Notes: generated from the letters alone by a model not told the origin. 32,000 nt of DNA from Cylindrospermopsis raciborskii Cr2010 (GCF_003367075.2 NZ_CP065936.1:1200001-1232000); one strand, 5' to 3'; counted from the first letter of the stretch, positions 1 to 11,953 are shown. A program made the numbers and translations.

Positions 1-2345
<2,345 letters not shown>

Positions 2346-2421
2346 AAAAGGTAATTCATTCTTATCAAAATATATGCAGTCTTCAGGGTTTTGAAGTGGA
2401 AACTTTAAAATCGACGAGTTT

Positions 2422-2540
2422 TCCTGGTGTCTATGGTGCGGTGGAACCACACTGATCCCTTCCCGAACTCAGAGGTGAAACGCTGTTGCGGCGACGATAG
2501 TATGGGGGTTGCCCCATGTCAAAATAGCTCGATGCCAGGT
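2422..2540 (+). rRNA. rrf: 5S ribosomal RNA
   Basis: 'tcctggtgtctatggtgcggtggaaccacactgatcccttcccgaactcagaggtgaaacgc...gatgccaggt' shows the conserved 5S core and complementary ends, about 77 nt after the 23S end. Confidence 0.95.
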
Positions 2541-2576
2541 TTATTATTACATAACCGCTCATTCCATGTATTATGG

Positions 2577-2836
2577 GGTGAGCGGTTTGATTTTACTTAC
2601 AAAACAGCGATCGCCTGTTTTTAAAAACATTTACCGTAGGTTGGGTTGAGGAACGAAACCCAACAAACCCCACTGTTAATTATGGGCGGTTCGGTTTTAC
2701 TTTCAAAACAGCGATCGCCTATTTTTAAAAACATTTACCGTAGGTTGGGTTGAGGAACGAAACCCAACAAACCCCACTATTAATTATGGTGTACGTGAAT
2801 TGGTTGTATTATAGGGTGGGCGGTTTGATTTTACCC
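2577..2836. repeat. Tandem ~104-bp intergenic repeat, about 2.2 copies
   Basis: 'gcggttt(c)g(a/g)ttttactt(a/t)caaaacagcgatcgcct(g/a)tttttaaaaacatttaccgtaggttgggttgaggaacgaaacccaacaa' occurs twice with 104-bp spacing (gtaggttgggtt at 2636 and 2740). A partial third copy, 'gggcggtttgattttaccc', begins near 2818. Confidence 0.85.
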
Positions 2837-2862
2837 AAAATTTCTCAACTATCGTATTCATC

Positions 2863-3771
2863 ATGTTTTTTTTCAAGTTAAGAACAGCTACCACAAATAT
2901 TTTAGTAATTTCCTCAATAATTGCTCCCTTTTCAGCACAAGCGGAGCCAGTAGGCGTAGTACAGGAGGTTCAGAATGGTGCTGGGAACTTGAGTTCTCTT
3001 GATAATCAGACCGTGGATCCAGCCATATTGCGCCAGCAATTGAGAGTTAAGCCCATAAGGATAAATACCCAGCGGGTTTATTCCCCAGGTACATCCGCTG
3101 GTATTCCCTCAGGGTTTGGCACCAATTGGGGAGATTTGTATTTTGCCATTGCGGGTGCAACTGCAAATAGGGTGAGAAGAGAGATTATTGATGGGGGTGC
3201 ATCGGTTGCACTAGGTTTTGGCAATGCTAGGGATATTCTCGGTCTGGAGTTAAGTTACAGTCTCCTTAGTATAAGGAAATTTGGCAGAAATGGCTCTTTT
3301 AATGCCAAAGTCCACCGAATTGTTTATTCCAATCCTAACACCTATATTGCCACCGCCATTGGTTGGAATAACTTTGCCAGACATGGTGAGAATGACAGGG
3401 ATGCTGGAATAATCAATGGGCAATTCGTGGGTACTCCCTCGAGTGTTTACGGTGTGGTTAGTGCTTACCACTTTCTCAATCCCAAGTCAGCAAATCCCGT
3501 ACCAGTAAATATATCTTTGGGAGTGGGCGAAGCTCCGCTTTTTTCCAACTCCGGTCTGGGAATAATTGCAGGAGCTGGTATTCAAGTAACCCCAAATATT
3601 GGAGTCAGTACCGGATGGAGCGGGAAAGGATTAAATCTTGGAGTCTCCTATTTACCAGTGCGGACCTTACCTATGTCTCTCAATGTAATTTATGGGGATG
3701 TGTTTCAAAACACAGAACCTGGATCTGTATTGAGTTTTAGTCTTGGCTATGGTTTTAACTTTACTGACTAA
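2863..3771 (+). CDS. Secreted or outer-membrane hypothetical protein
   Basis: 302-aa ORF with an N-terminal hydrophobic signal-like segment (ISSIIAPFSAQA). The Gly/aromatic alternating C-terminal half ending in 'FSLGYGFNF' suggests a beta-barrel-like or surface protein. Confidence 0.7.
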   Translation: MFFFKLRTATTNILVISSIIAPFSAQAEPVGVVQEVQNGAGNLSSLDNQTVDPAILRQQLRVKPIRINTQRVYSPGTSAGIPSGFGTNWGDLYFAIAGATANRVRREIIDGGASVALGFGNARDILGLELSYSLLSIRKFGRNGSFNAKVHRIVYSNPNTYIATAIGWNNFARHGENDRDAGIINGQFVGTPSSVYGVVSAYHFLNPKSANPVPVNISLGVGEAPLFSNSGLGIIAGAGIQVTPNIGVSTGWSGKGLNLGVSYLPVRTLPMSLNVIYGDVFQNTEPGSVLSFSLGYGFNFTD

Positions 3772-3876
3772 ATTATGGGTAATTTAACATACGTAAAGTA
3801 TATAACTACTGATGCCATGGTTTTAAACCGGCTATGCTACAATTTACCAATGTACTAACTCTGGAGATTTCCTTTT

Positions 3877-5820
3877 ATGAAACCTGTATTTCTGCTGACG
3901 ATTCTTTCTAGTTTGGGATTTACTTTTAGCATGTCGATCATGCCCACCCTTGCTGGTTCCGTTCCCGTGGGAGCAGCAAGCGGAGTCACTCTGCCAACCT
4001 CTTTAGACACAAGTAATATTTCACCACCAATAATTCCGCCCCCTGAAATTGCAACTCCTACTGCAGAGACTCCCCCTACGCAAACAACGCCTGCAGCACC
4101 TATTATCAGCCCAGATACTCAAGTTATATTAAACCAGACTGCTAGCCAGACCTTAGGAGAAATACAAGTAACAGCACCAGTTGTGGCAGATACAGTTATA
4201 TCTACAACGCCCGTAGTTGTGAGTAGTCCAGTTAATGAGATTACAATTACTACGAATAGTAACTCTACTGTGCCCAGCACTCCCATAACAGTAGTGACAC
4301 CAGCAGTTCCCAGCACTCCCATAACGGTAGTGACACCAGCAGTTCCCAGCACTCCCATAACGGTAGTGACACCAGCAGTTCCCAGCACTCCTACAACGGT
4401 GGCAACACCTCCAACTTCTAGCACTCCCATAACGGTAGTGACACCAGCAGTTCCCAGCACTCCCATAACGGTAGTGACACCAGCAGTTCCCAGCACTCCT
4501 ACAACGGTGGCAACACCTCCAACTTCTAGCACTCCCGCAACGGTAGTGACACCAGCAGTTCCCAGCACTCCCATAACGGTAGTGACACCAGCAGTTCCCA
4601 GCACTCCTACAACGGTGGCAACACCTCCAACTTCTAGCACTCCCGCAACGGTAGTGACACCAGCAGTTCCCAGCACTCCTACAACGGTGGCAACACCTCC
4701 AACTTCTAGCACTCCCATAACGGTAGTGACACCAGCAGTTCCCAGCACTCCTACAACGGTGGCAACACCTCCAACTTCTAGCACTCCCGCAACGGTGGTG
4801 ACACCAGCAGTTCCCAGCACTCCTACAACGGTGGCAACACCTCCAACTTCTAGCACTCCCGCAACGGTGGCAACATCCCCAACTCCTAGCAGTCCCGCAA
4901 CGGTGGTTACACCCCCAACGCCCAGCAATCCTGCAACCGTGGTTACATCCCCAACGTCCAGCACTCCTGCAACCGTGGTTACGTCCACAAATAATAATAA
5001 CTCAGCAACAACATCCACAAATAATAATAACTCAGCAACGTCCAGCACTCCTGCAGCCGTGGTTACGTCCACAAATAATAATAACTCAGCAACAACATCT
5101 GTAATTCCTAGTATTCCCGTAACGGCAGTGACGATCCCCACAAGTATCAATAACTCAGCAATAGTAGCAACACCATTACAAGCCGGTCGAAGTGTTGCAG
5201 ATCAAATATCGTTAGGGCAAGGAGTGGAGGTCACTAGCAACACAACCGCAGTACGTATTTTACCCATAAGCCCTACTGCCGATAGTCAAACCTTATCAAC
5301 CACTGCAACCGTTACAACTGCCAATAGACAAACCCTGAATTTAGTCTTGAAAGGCACATCTAACCAAATTGCTAACGCTGCCGGGTTTATTGCCACAGCC
5401 ACTTCCGCTGAATTATCTATATCCCAGATACAAACTGGCACTAGCATAGCTCTAACCGGAGCAAACTTTACTCAGGTAGCGGACTTGATCAATAGTTTGT
5501 CCGGTTTAATGGTAATTGGCACAAACCAGACCCTTGAGCCAAAATTGGAGAAAGGTCAGCTTCTGAGTTCATTAGCTAGTAATATCGTAAACAGTAGTAC
5601 ACTACCCTCCGATCCTAAGAATAAATCAGAATCAAACTCTAAATTAGTTCAAAGTGTAACTATAGAGCCTGTGCGGTTAAACAGGGCAATACTCATATTT
5701 AACCAGATTATTGACACAAGTGATGATGCCACGGTCACTGCGTTATCTAGGAACGTAGAGTTTACAACTATTGGTCAAGTGTTGAAACGTTTAAGTAAGG
5801 CTTTTGATAAGGAAAATTAG
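3877..5820 (+). CDS. Secreted Pro/Thr/Ser-repeat protein of unknown function
   Basis: 647-aa ORF with a signal peptide (MKPVFLLTILSSLGFTFSMSIMPTLAGS), about 20 tandem 12-aa repeats, an Asn-rich spacer, and a non-repetitive C-terminal part. Confidence 0.8.
   Translation: MKPVFLLTILSSLGFTFSMSIMPTLAGSVPVGAASGVTLPTSLDTSNISPPIIPPPEIATPTAETPPTQTTPAAPIISPDTQVILNQTASQTLGEIQVTAPVVADTVISTTPVVVSSPVNEITITTNSNSTVPSTPITVVTPAVPSTPITVVTPAVPSTPITVVTPAVPSTPTTVATPPTSSTPITVVTPAVPSTPITVVTPAVPSTPTTVATPPTSSTPATVVTPAVPSTPITVVTPAVPSTPTTVATPPTSSTPATVVTPAVPSTPTTVATPPTSSTPITVVTPAVPSTPTTVATPPTSSTPATVVTPAVPSTPTTVATPPTSSTPATVATSPTPSSPATVVTPPTPSNPATVVTSPTSSTPATVVTSTNNNNSATTSTNNNNSATSSTPAAVVTSTNNNNSATTSVIPSIPVTAVTIPTSINNSAIVATPLQAGRSVADQISLGQGVEVTSNTTAVRILPISPTADSQTLSTTATVTTANRQTLNLVLKGTSNQIANAAGFIATATSAELSISQIQTGTSIALTGANFTQVADLINSLSGLMVIGTNQTLEPKLEKGQLLSSLASNIVNSSTLPSDPKNKSESNSKLVQSVTIEPVRLNRAILIFNQIIDTSDDATVTALSRNVEFTTIGQVLKRLSKAFDKEN
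4273..4986. repeat. Coding tandem repeat, 36-bp unit (12 aa: [P/S]STP[I/T/A]TV[V/A]TP[A/P][V/T]), about 19 full units plus a partial
   Basis: Units stay in register: unit 1 begins at 4273 ('cccagcactcccataacagtagtgacaccagcagtt') and unit 19 begins at 4921 ('cccagcaatcctgcaaccgtggtt'). Confidence 0.95.
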
Positions 5821-6355
5821 CTAATTAATCACCAAATATTGCTATACTCTTATTATGGCATACATACTACTCAGAAAAGCGGGCTAGCTGTTCTCCTGGC
5901 AAAATCTAGTGCGATCGCCTGAGAAGAATGAGAGAGCCTGCATATTAAATATTGACGTAAAAAGACTACTTTTGTTGCGTTACATCTTGCTAAAAAGCAT
6001 TATAACTATTACGGTGTCGGAATATTACACTCCCCCCTCTTAACGGGAAATACGACTCAAAAATTACGGTTGACACCAATTCGGAAACGTATTAATTCCC
6101 ATACATTATTCACAGGTAATGACAAGTTCAATCCATGAGCAAACCGTTTCAAACCCCATTTAGGTTCGGGAAACCGCCCTTCAGGGACTGACTACACAAG
6201 TTCAGTATATATATCGGCGTAATTTACGGTTTCAACTAAAAACTGGTTAAATGATGCTCAACTAACTGCTGATTGTCATCAGTTGGTTCAAAAGGTTAAA
6301 CATACAGCCCTTTATAATCCCATTCATTTGTAGTTATACGGAAGCAGCAGCTAAA

Positions 6356-8254
6356 ATGGCAAAAGTAGTAGGAATTGATTTAGGCACAACTAACTCTTGC
6401 GTAGCAGTAATGGAAGGTGGAAAACCTACTGTGATTGCTAATGCTGAGGGTTTTAGAACCACTCCATCTGTGGTAGCATTCGCTAAAAATGGTGATAACC
6501 TAGTGGGTCAGATCGCTAAGCGTCAAGCGGTGATGAATCCTGAAAATACTTTTTATTCAGTAAAACGCTTTATCGGTCGCCGTTTTGATGAGGTTACCAA
6601 TGAAGCTACAGAAGTTTCCTATAAAGTTCTTAGTAGTAGCGGTAATGTTAAATTACAATCTCCCGGTGCTGGTAAACAGTTTGCACCGGAGGAAATTTCT
6701 GCTAAAGTCCTGCGTAAATTGGTAGAAGATGCCAGTAAGTATCTGGGTGAAACCGTTACTCAAGCAGTAATTACTGTCCCCGCTTATTTCAACGATTCCC
6801 AACGCCAAGCTACCAAGGATGCTGGTAAAATTGCGGGCATTGAGGTACTGCGGATTATCAATGAACCCACAGCAGCTTCTTTGGCTTATGGCTTTGATAA
6901 GAAGAGTAATGAAACTATTCTAGTATTTGACCTTGGTGGTGGTACTTTTGATGTATCTGTGCTAGAGGTGGGGGATGGCGTTTTTGAAGTGTTGGCCACC
7001 TCTGGTGATACCCACCTGGGCGGTGATGACTTTGATAAGAAAATAGTTGACTTCTTGGCGGAGCAGTTCAAGCAAGTAGAGGGCATTGACCTGCGAAAAG
7101 ATAAACAAGCTCTACAAAGATTGACTGAAGCAGCTGAAAAGGCTAAAATTGAACTTTCCAGCGTTACTCAGGCGGAAATTAACCTTCCTTTTATTACCGC
7201 TACTCAGGATGGTCCAAAGCATTTAGATACTACCTTAACTCGAGCTAAATTTGAAGAGCTTTGCTCCGATTTAATAGACCGCTGTCGCATACCGGTGGAA
7301 AATGCGCTGCGCGATGCCAAATTAAATAAGAGCAATATTGATGAAGTGGTTCTAGTGGGTGGTTCTACCCGTATTCCTGCAGTTCAAGAGGTTGTAAAGC
7401 GAGTTTTAGGTAAAGACCCTAATCAAAGCGTTAACCCAGATGAGGTGGTAGCTGTAGGTGCTGCGATTCAAGCTGGTGTGCTTGCTGGTGATGTAACGGG
7501 TATATTATTATTAGACGTGACTCCCCTGTCTTTGGGTGTGGAAACCCTGGGCGGAGTAATGACTAAGATTATTCCTCGGAACACTACTATTCCTACCAAG
7601 AAGTCTGAGGTGTTCTCTACTGCGGTAGATGGTCAAACCAATGTGGAAATTCATGTTCTCCAAGGTGAACGGGAATTTGCTAATGATAACAAGAGTTTAG
7701 GAACTTTCCGTTTGGATGGTATTCCTCCTGCACCCCGTGGTGTTCCACAAATTGAAGTGACTTTTGATATTGACGCTAATGGTATCCTCAACGTTACCGC
7801 CAAAGATAAGGGAACTGGTAAGGAACAGTCTATTAGCATCACTGGTGCTTCTACTTTAGATAAGTCTGATGTAGAGCGCATGGTTAGGGAAGCGGAACAA
7901 AATGCTTCCACAGATAAGGAACGTCGTGAAAAGATTGAGCGCAAAAACCAGGCTGACTCTTTAGCTTATCAAGCAGAGAAGCAACTGCAAGACCTAGGGG
8001 ATAAAGTACCACAAGCGGACAAAACCAAAATTGATGGTTTAGTCAAAGAGCTGCGGGAAGCTGTAGCTAAGGAAGATGATGAGCAAATTAAGAAGTTAAC
8101 ACCGGAATTGCAACAAGCATTGTTTGCTGTAGGTAGCAACATCTATCAGCAACCCGGTGGTGCTACTCCTGATGCTGAAGCCCCCAACAGTGGAACTACT
8201 GGATCTTCTAGTGGTGATGATGTCATTGATGCCGACTTTACTGAAACTCGCTAA
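6356..8254 (+). CDS. dnaK: Molecular chaperone DnaK (Hsp70)
   Basis: 632 aa containing '[19 protein letters not shown]', '[37 protein letters not shown]' and C-terminal '[11 protein letters not shown]'. Confidence 0.98.
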   Translation: MAKVVGIDLGTTNSCVAVMEGGKPTVIANAEGFRTTPSVVAFAKNGDNLVGQIAKRQAVMNPENTFYSVKRFIGRRFDEVTNEATEVSYKVLSSSGNVKLQSPGAGKQFAPEEISAKVLRKLVEDASKYLGETVTQAVITVPAYFNDSQRQATKDAGKIAGIEVLRIINEPTAASLAYGFDKKSNETILVFDLGGGTFDVSVLEVGDGVFEVLATSGDTHLGGDDFDKKIVDFLAEQFKQVEGIDLRKDKQALQRLTEAAEKAKIELSSVTQAEINLPFITATQDGPKHLDTTLTRAKFEELCSDLIDRCRIPVENALRDAKLNKSNIDEVVLVGGSTRIPAVQEVVKRVLGKDPNQSVNPDEVVAVGAAIQAGVLAGDVTGILLLDVTPLSLGVETLGGVMTKIIPRNTTIPTKKSEVFSTAVDGQTNVEIHVLQGEREFANDNKSLGTFRLDGIPPAPRGVPQIEVTFDIDANGILNVTAKDKGTGKEQSISITGASTLDKSDVERMVREAEQNASTDKERREKIERKNQADSLAYQAEKQLQDLGDKVPQADKTKIDGLVKELREAVAKEDDEQIKKLTPELQQALFAVGSNIYQQPGGATPDAEAPNSGTTGSSSGDDVIDADFTETR

Positions 8255-8263
8255 GAGTTGAAG

Positions 8264-8285
8264 GACGGGGAGTCAATTCCCCGTC
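8264..8285 (+). terminator. Hairpin downstream of dnaK, possible terminator
   Basis: 'gacgggga gtcaat tccccgtc' forms a perfect 8-bp stem 10 nt after the dnaK stop codon. There is no strong T-tract. Confidence 0.5.
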
Positions 8286-8292
8286 TTATAGA

Positions 8293-8664
8293 TCATAGAC
8301 ACCGCAATAGTTTTGCCTTCTGGGACAGTTTTTCTAGGGACTTTTGGCGATCGCTACTTAACTTTCCATAGGTGTTTAGGATAGCAATTTCTTCTGGTGT
8401 GGGAATTTTTTTGGAGGATTCTTGACCGAGATCACTCAAGAGGGTAATTGACTCAATTTTTAACTGTTTATCTTGATGTTTTTGATACAGATCTCGGTAG
8501 GGAATAACCACTTGGGTTTGCCACTGATCGGAAGGACAATAGCTACGATCTATAATTACTGTAATACTGGGGGTTGCTAACACCAGCACTAACCCAGAAA
8601 CGAAAAGGCTGATCCAACCGGTGAGAACAATGGTAATTAATCTGTGGTTGAGGACGCTCTTCAT
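8293..8664 (-). CDS. Hypothetical membrane-anchored protein
   Basis: 123-aa ORF with an N-terminal transmembrane segment (ITIVLTGWISLFVSGLVLVLA). It lies just downstream of the VWA lipoprotein gene in the same orientation. Confidence 0.6.
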   Translation of the reverse strand: MKSVLNHRLITIVLTGWISLFVSGLVLVLATPSITVIIDRSYCPSDQWQTQVVIPYRDLYQKHQDKQLKIESITLLSDLGQESSKKIPTPEEIAILNTYGKLSSDRQKSLEKLSQKAKLLRCL

Positions 8665-8697
8665 GCTGACACTCCTATTTGAAAATACTCAATGAAC

Positions 8698-10425
8698 CTA
8701 TAAATTGACTTGGAATAATCCCTTGAGCAACTCTTGCACGTTTTCAGGAGTTCCCTTTTTCACAGTAGATTCCCGCAAAGCTGCGATCGCATTTAATTCT
8801 GCTTCATTGACTTCACCATATGCAATGGGATAAACGCGCACACCACTGTATTCAATAATCTCTTTTACTTCTTCAAAATTGAACCCCTGATTGGTTTGAC
8901 CATCCGTCAGTAATAACAGATAAAACTTACCATTAGGATTGGTTTTCTTTTGTTGTACCAGTTCCGATAAAGCCACCATCATGCCATCATACATTGCCGT
9001 GGCACCATCTGCTTGCAAATTGTCTATAGCTGCCAAAAAACGTTTGTGCTGAAGGTCATCAAAGGGGGCCAGTTTCACTAAATTAACAGGCTGATCTCCA
9101 TAGGTAACTAAGCCCACATAATTGCCTGGATTAATTTGTTGGCTGGCAATGCGTAGGCCATCTTTAACAGCATTTAAAGGATCTCCATACATAGAGCCAC
9201 TGGTATCAATAACGGCCATTAAATAAACCGTTTTTCCTGTGTCTTTTTGTGTTTTCCAAAATGTTTGTCCTAAACTTAAAACCTTGCCAGAAGGAACAGG
9301 AGGGACCTGTTTTTGTGCGAGATATTGTGCAACTTCTGGAGGCATTTGAGGTGCTAAATTTTGCATTGTATCAGATTGAGCAAATTTGGCAAATTGTTCT
9401 AACCCTTGCTGTTGCTCCGGAGTTGTCCATTTAAATTTAACTAAAGGATTATTATGGGGAACCCCAAAAGGAATAAAAATTGAGTTAGCAAATTCAGGAA
9501 TTTTTTTCAACGCATTAAAGGTCAATCCTTCACTTACAAAAACAGATAGTTTTTTAGGATCTCTTATGGCAATATCCTTTAGTTCCAATGTGGTCAATCC
9601 CGTTACTAAAACTTGTTTTTGAAAAGCTTGAAATAAAGAATTGACTTTGGGAGATTGTAAATCTAAGGTAGTTAAAGGTTGACCATTCTGTTGATGACCC
9701 GCCCCTCGCCAAAAAATTGTGTACAGGAGATTTAAGCCACTGGAACTGGTGTATGGATTGGTATAACCCACGGATAACTTGCCCGCCACTATGGCATCTA
9801 GTAATTGGTCTAAAGTAACTGTTTGTGATCCGAAAATTTCTTGTTTACTTTGTTGATTTAAAATAAAACCAGGCTGGTTTGGCAACAGTTTAGGGGTCAC
9901 CATATCAACCTCAACTCCTGCATTTTTCAACATAGCAATCCACAGTTCATTGGAAGGAGTGTAAGCAGTAGGTTGAACGACTTTAGATTCGATCATGCGC
10001 TGAGCGATACCGGAAGGAATATTGCGAACACCCACCTGAATTAATTTCCCAGAAGAGGTTTTGAAATTTTTAGCATTGAATTGATCTGTGACATCAATCA
10101 GCCACCTTTCATCTTCCTTTTGGGGATTAGCTTTATCTGGAGAACCAAAAATTTCGAGGTAAACATTTTCAGTGGTTTTAGGTGGACCATAAATGGGGTA
10201 TTTATCCAAAGATGGTAGGGGTTCTTGCACGGATTTAACGGAGTAGCTCTGGGCGGTTGCATCGGTAACTAATTGGTCTTTGACAGAAATACGTGGCAAG
10301 ACATTTCCTTGTAAAACCTCAACCGCTTGATCAAAGGAGCTAATCTTAGGAATACCGGAGCAAGAACCTAGTAATACTAAACACAGTCCTAGGAGGAAGA
10401 AAAGTGTGAATATAGCCTTTTTCAT
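8698..10425 (-). CDS. Lipoprotein with solute-binding-like N-terminal region and C-terminal von Willebrand factor A (VWA) domain
   Basis: N-terminal lipobox-like 'LCLVLLGSCSG', and MIDAS motif 'AVIDTSGSMYGDPLNAVKDGL' with later 'GATAMYDGMMVAL' and 'LLTDGQTNQ'. Confidence 0.88.
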   Translation of the reverse strand: MKKAIFTLFFLLGLCLVLLGSCSGIPKISSFDQAVEVLQGNVLPRISVKDQLVTDATAQSYSVKSVQEPLPSLDKYPIYGPPKTTENVYLEIFGSPDKANPQKEDERWLIDVTDQFNAKNFKTSSGKLIQVGVRNIPSGIAQRMIESKVVQPTAYTPSNELWIAMLKNAGVEVDMVTPKLLPNQPGFILNQQSKQEIFGSQTVTLDQLLDAIVAGKLSVGYTNPYTSSSGLNLLYTIFWRGAGHQQNGQPLTTLDLQSPKVNSLFQAFQKQVLVTGLTTLELKDIAIRDPKKLSVFVSEGLTFNALKKIPEFANSIFIPFGVPHNNPLVKFKWTTPEQQQGLEQFAKFAQSDTMQNLAPQMPPEVAQYLAQKQVPPVPSGKVLSLGQTFWKTQKDTGKTVYLMAVIDTSGSMYGDPLNAVKDGLRIASQQINPGNYVGLVTYGDQPVNLVKLAPFDDLQHKRFLAAIDNLQADGATAMYDGMMVALSELVQQKKTNPNGKFYLLLLTDGQTNQGFNFEEVKEIIEYSGVRVYPIAYGEVNEAELNAIAALRESTVKKGTPENVQELLKGLFQVNL

Positions 10426-10729
10426 GATTTATTTTCCTGCGCTAGAGTGGAATCTTGAATAATAGTTTGGACAGCGGAACGATTTTCCTGGATCAAGGTT
10501 TTTAAAAACAGAGGAAGTTCAGTATTTACTGCATTTCTGTCCAAGGAAGATAATAGGACTTGATCTTGAAGTTGTTGCAAATTATGGTGAGTAGTTTTTA
10601 GGCGTTCTAAACTTGTCTGCAGGTGAGTTCTAGCAAGAGTCCGATAGTGATCGGTTTTCACCTGGTCTAGGGCTAAAATGGCATGAATCACCTGCTCAGA
10701 TAGATTCAACACTGTATATAGAGTTTCTA

Positions 10730-11485
10730 GGCGTTGCATATTTGCGGGATGAATCAACTAAACGCGGGTATTACTTCATACTTTAAATAGTGAAGTAATA
10801 ATTTAATTGAATACCTAAGCATATCTACAGATTTTGAATAGCATAGCGTTTTTCTATGTAGTCGCGCTAAGTAGTGACGTAAACGTGTATTTTCACCCTC
10901 TACCCTAGTCATATATGTTTTGCTCACAATATGATCCTCTGGCTGAATAAAACTCGGATAAACCCTCCACCCATCAGTAACATAAAAAAAGCATTGCCAG
11001 AGTTTAACGATGTCCCACAAAGGTTGAAATGCTTGTGAGCTGTGGTCTCCCACAACCCAAGCCAGGATATTTTTACGGAAGTGATTTACTGCTGTCCACA
11101 ACCATATTTTGTTTTTTTTTGATCCCACAAAGGTCTCCAACTCATCAAGCTCACCTACCAAGGGTGTTTCCTCAACTGGTGGAGCATCTGGAAGTATGGA
11201 ACCAATTTGTTTTAGCCAGTAAATAATAGTTGTATGATGAACGCCTTTATCGCGTTCAATTGCTCTAAATCCCATACCGTTAACATAAGAGCGCAGGCAA
11301 CTTTGTTTAACTTCTTCTGAATAGCCTTTAGGTGGACTATAGACATCGATAAATTGACGACCACAATCAACACAAATGTGATTTTGTTTACCTCGACGTT
11401 TGCCATTCTTTCTGATTTTGGAAGACCCGCAGTTTGGACAATGCACAGTAGATTACCTCAATTCATACCTCTATTATGCAACGCC
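10730..11485 (-). mobile_element. Complete IS1-family insertion sequence, 756 bp
   Basis: Terminal inverted repeats are 'ggcgttgcatatttgcgggatgaat' (left) and 'ggcgttgcataatagaggtatgaat' (right, reverse complement), 21/25 identical. They are flanked by an 8-bp direct repeat 'agtttcta' at 10722..10729 and 11486..11493, with a single transposase ORF inside. Confidence 0.95.
10754..11446 (-). CDS. IS1-family transposase (single ORF)
   Basis: 230 aa: N-terminal zinc-ribbon 'CPNCGSSKIRKNGKRRGKQNHICVDCGRQF', HTH-like region, and DDE-type segment 'ELDELETFVGSKKNKIWLWTAVNH...VTDGWRVYPSF...KTYMTRVEGENTRLRHYLARLHRKTLCYSKS', typical of IS1/InsAB-type proteins. Confidence 0.93.
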   Translation of the reverse strand: MHCPNCGSSKIRKNGKRRGKQNHICVDCGRQFIDVYSPPKGYSEEVKQSCLRSYVNGMGFRAIERDKGVHHTTIIYWLKQIGSILPDAPPVEETPLVGELDELETFVGSKKNKIWLWTAVNHFRKNILAWVVGDHSSQAFQPLWDIVKLWQCFFYVTDGWRVYPSFIQPEDHIVSKTYMTRVEGENTRLRHYLARLHRKTLCYSKSVDMLRYSIKLLLHYLKYEVIPAFS

Positions 11486-11953
11486 AGTTTCTAATACTTC
11501 CGTTGTTAAAATGCTTTCTTGAGAAACAATTGCTTTACAGAGTTGATGACTTTCAATGGCATAGGTTTGTGCTTTTTGCCAATCCCCAGTAGATCTGCTA
11601 CCCAGATCACCAGCGATTCTTTGCAAACGTTCCCGGAAATTATCAGTATCAAGAAGATTGAGAGCATTGGCACTAATTTGCGATCGCAAGGAATACAACC
11701 AAGCGACTATCATTCCCGCAGCAACAATGCTGCCCAAACCTAGACTCAGGGGACGCATACCTACCCCATGGAAAAAGATACTTAAGCCAAGGATGATGGC
11801 CGTCAGCAGTAAGTAGGTTTGAGGGAGTTGTATCACTTTACGCCAGAATGTGGACATAGGGAGGCCTCAAGGGGGTTATCTCTGGGGGATCAGTCGTCGC
11901 ACGCCTTATGCCTATTTCTAGGGGGCGTAACTAAAATATACCATATTAATGAC

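Larger units (their letters stand above)
10422..11857 (-). pseudogene. Membrane-protein gene (about 230 aa when reconstructed) interrupted by an IS1-family element
   Basis: The 5' part lies at 11857..11486 (ORF MSTFWRKVIQLPQTYLLL...ESILTTEVLET) and the 3' part at 10729..10422 (LETLYTVLNLSEQ...). Removing the IS and one 8-bp target duplication restores one frame: E-V-L-E-T-L-Y-T-V. The 3' end overlaps the VWA gene by 4 bp (10422..10425). Confidence 0.92.

Noticed and set aside
2577-2836. CRISPR-like array
   Set aside because: The unit is 104 bp and directly adjacent, without unique spacers, so it is a tandem duplication.
4119-5150. 343-aa minus-strand ORF antisense to the repeat protein
   Set aside because: It is the mirror of the 36-bp repeat array, where absence of stops in one unit keeps the antisense frame open. 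There is no plausible start context or domain.
6886-7944. Minus-strand ORFs inside dnaK
   Set aside because: They are antisense to a strongly conserved chaperone gene and no independent evidence supports them.
10422-10757. 111-aa ORF as an independent gene
   Set aside because: Its first codons (MIHPANMQR) come from the IS terminus. The rest is the 3' part of a gene whose 5' part lies across the IS.
11474-11857. 127-aa ORF as a complete gene
   Set aside because: Its last residues (GVA and stop) are encoded by the IS end. It is the 5' half of the interrupted gene.
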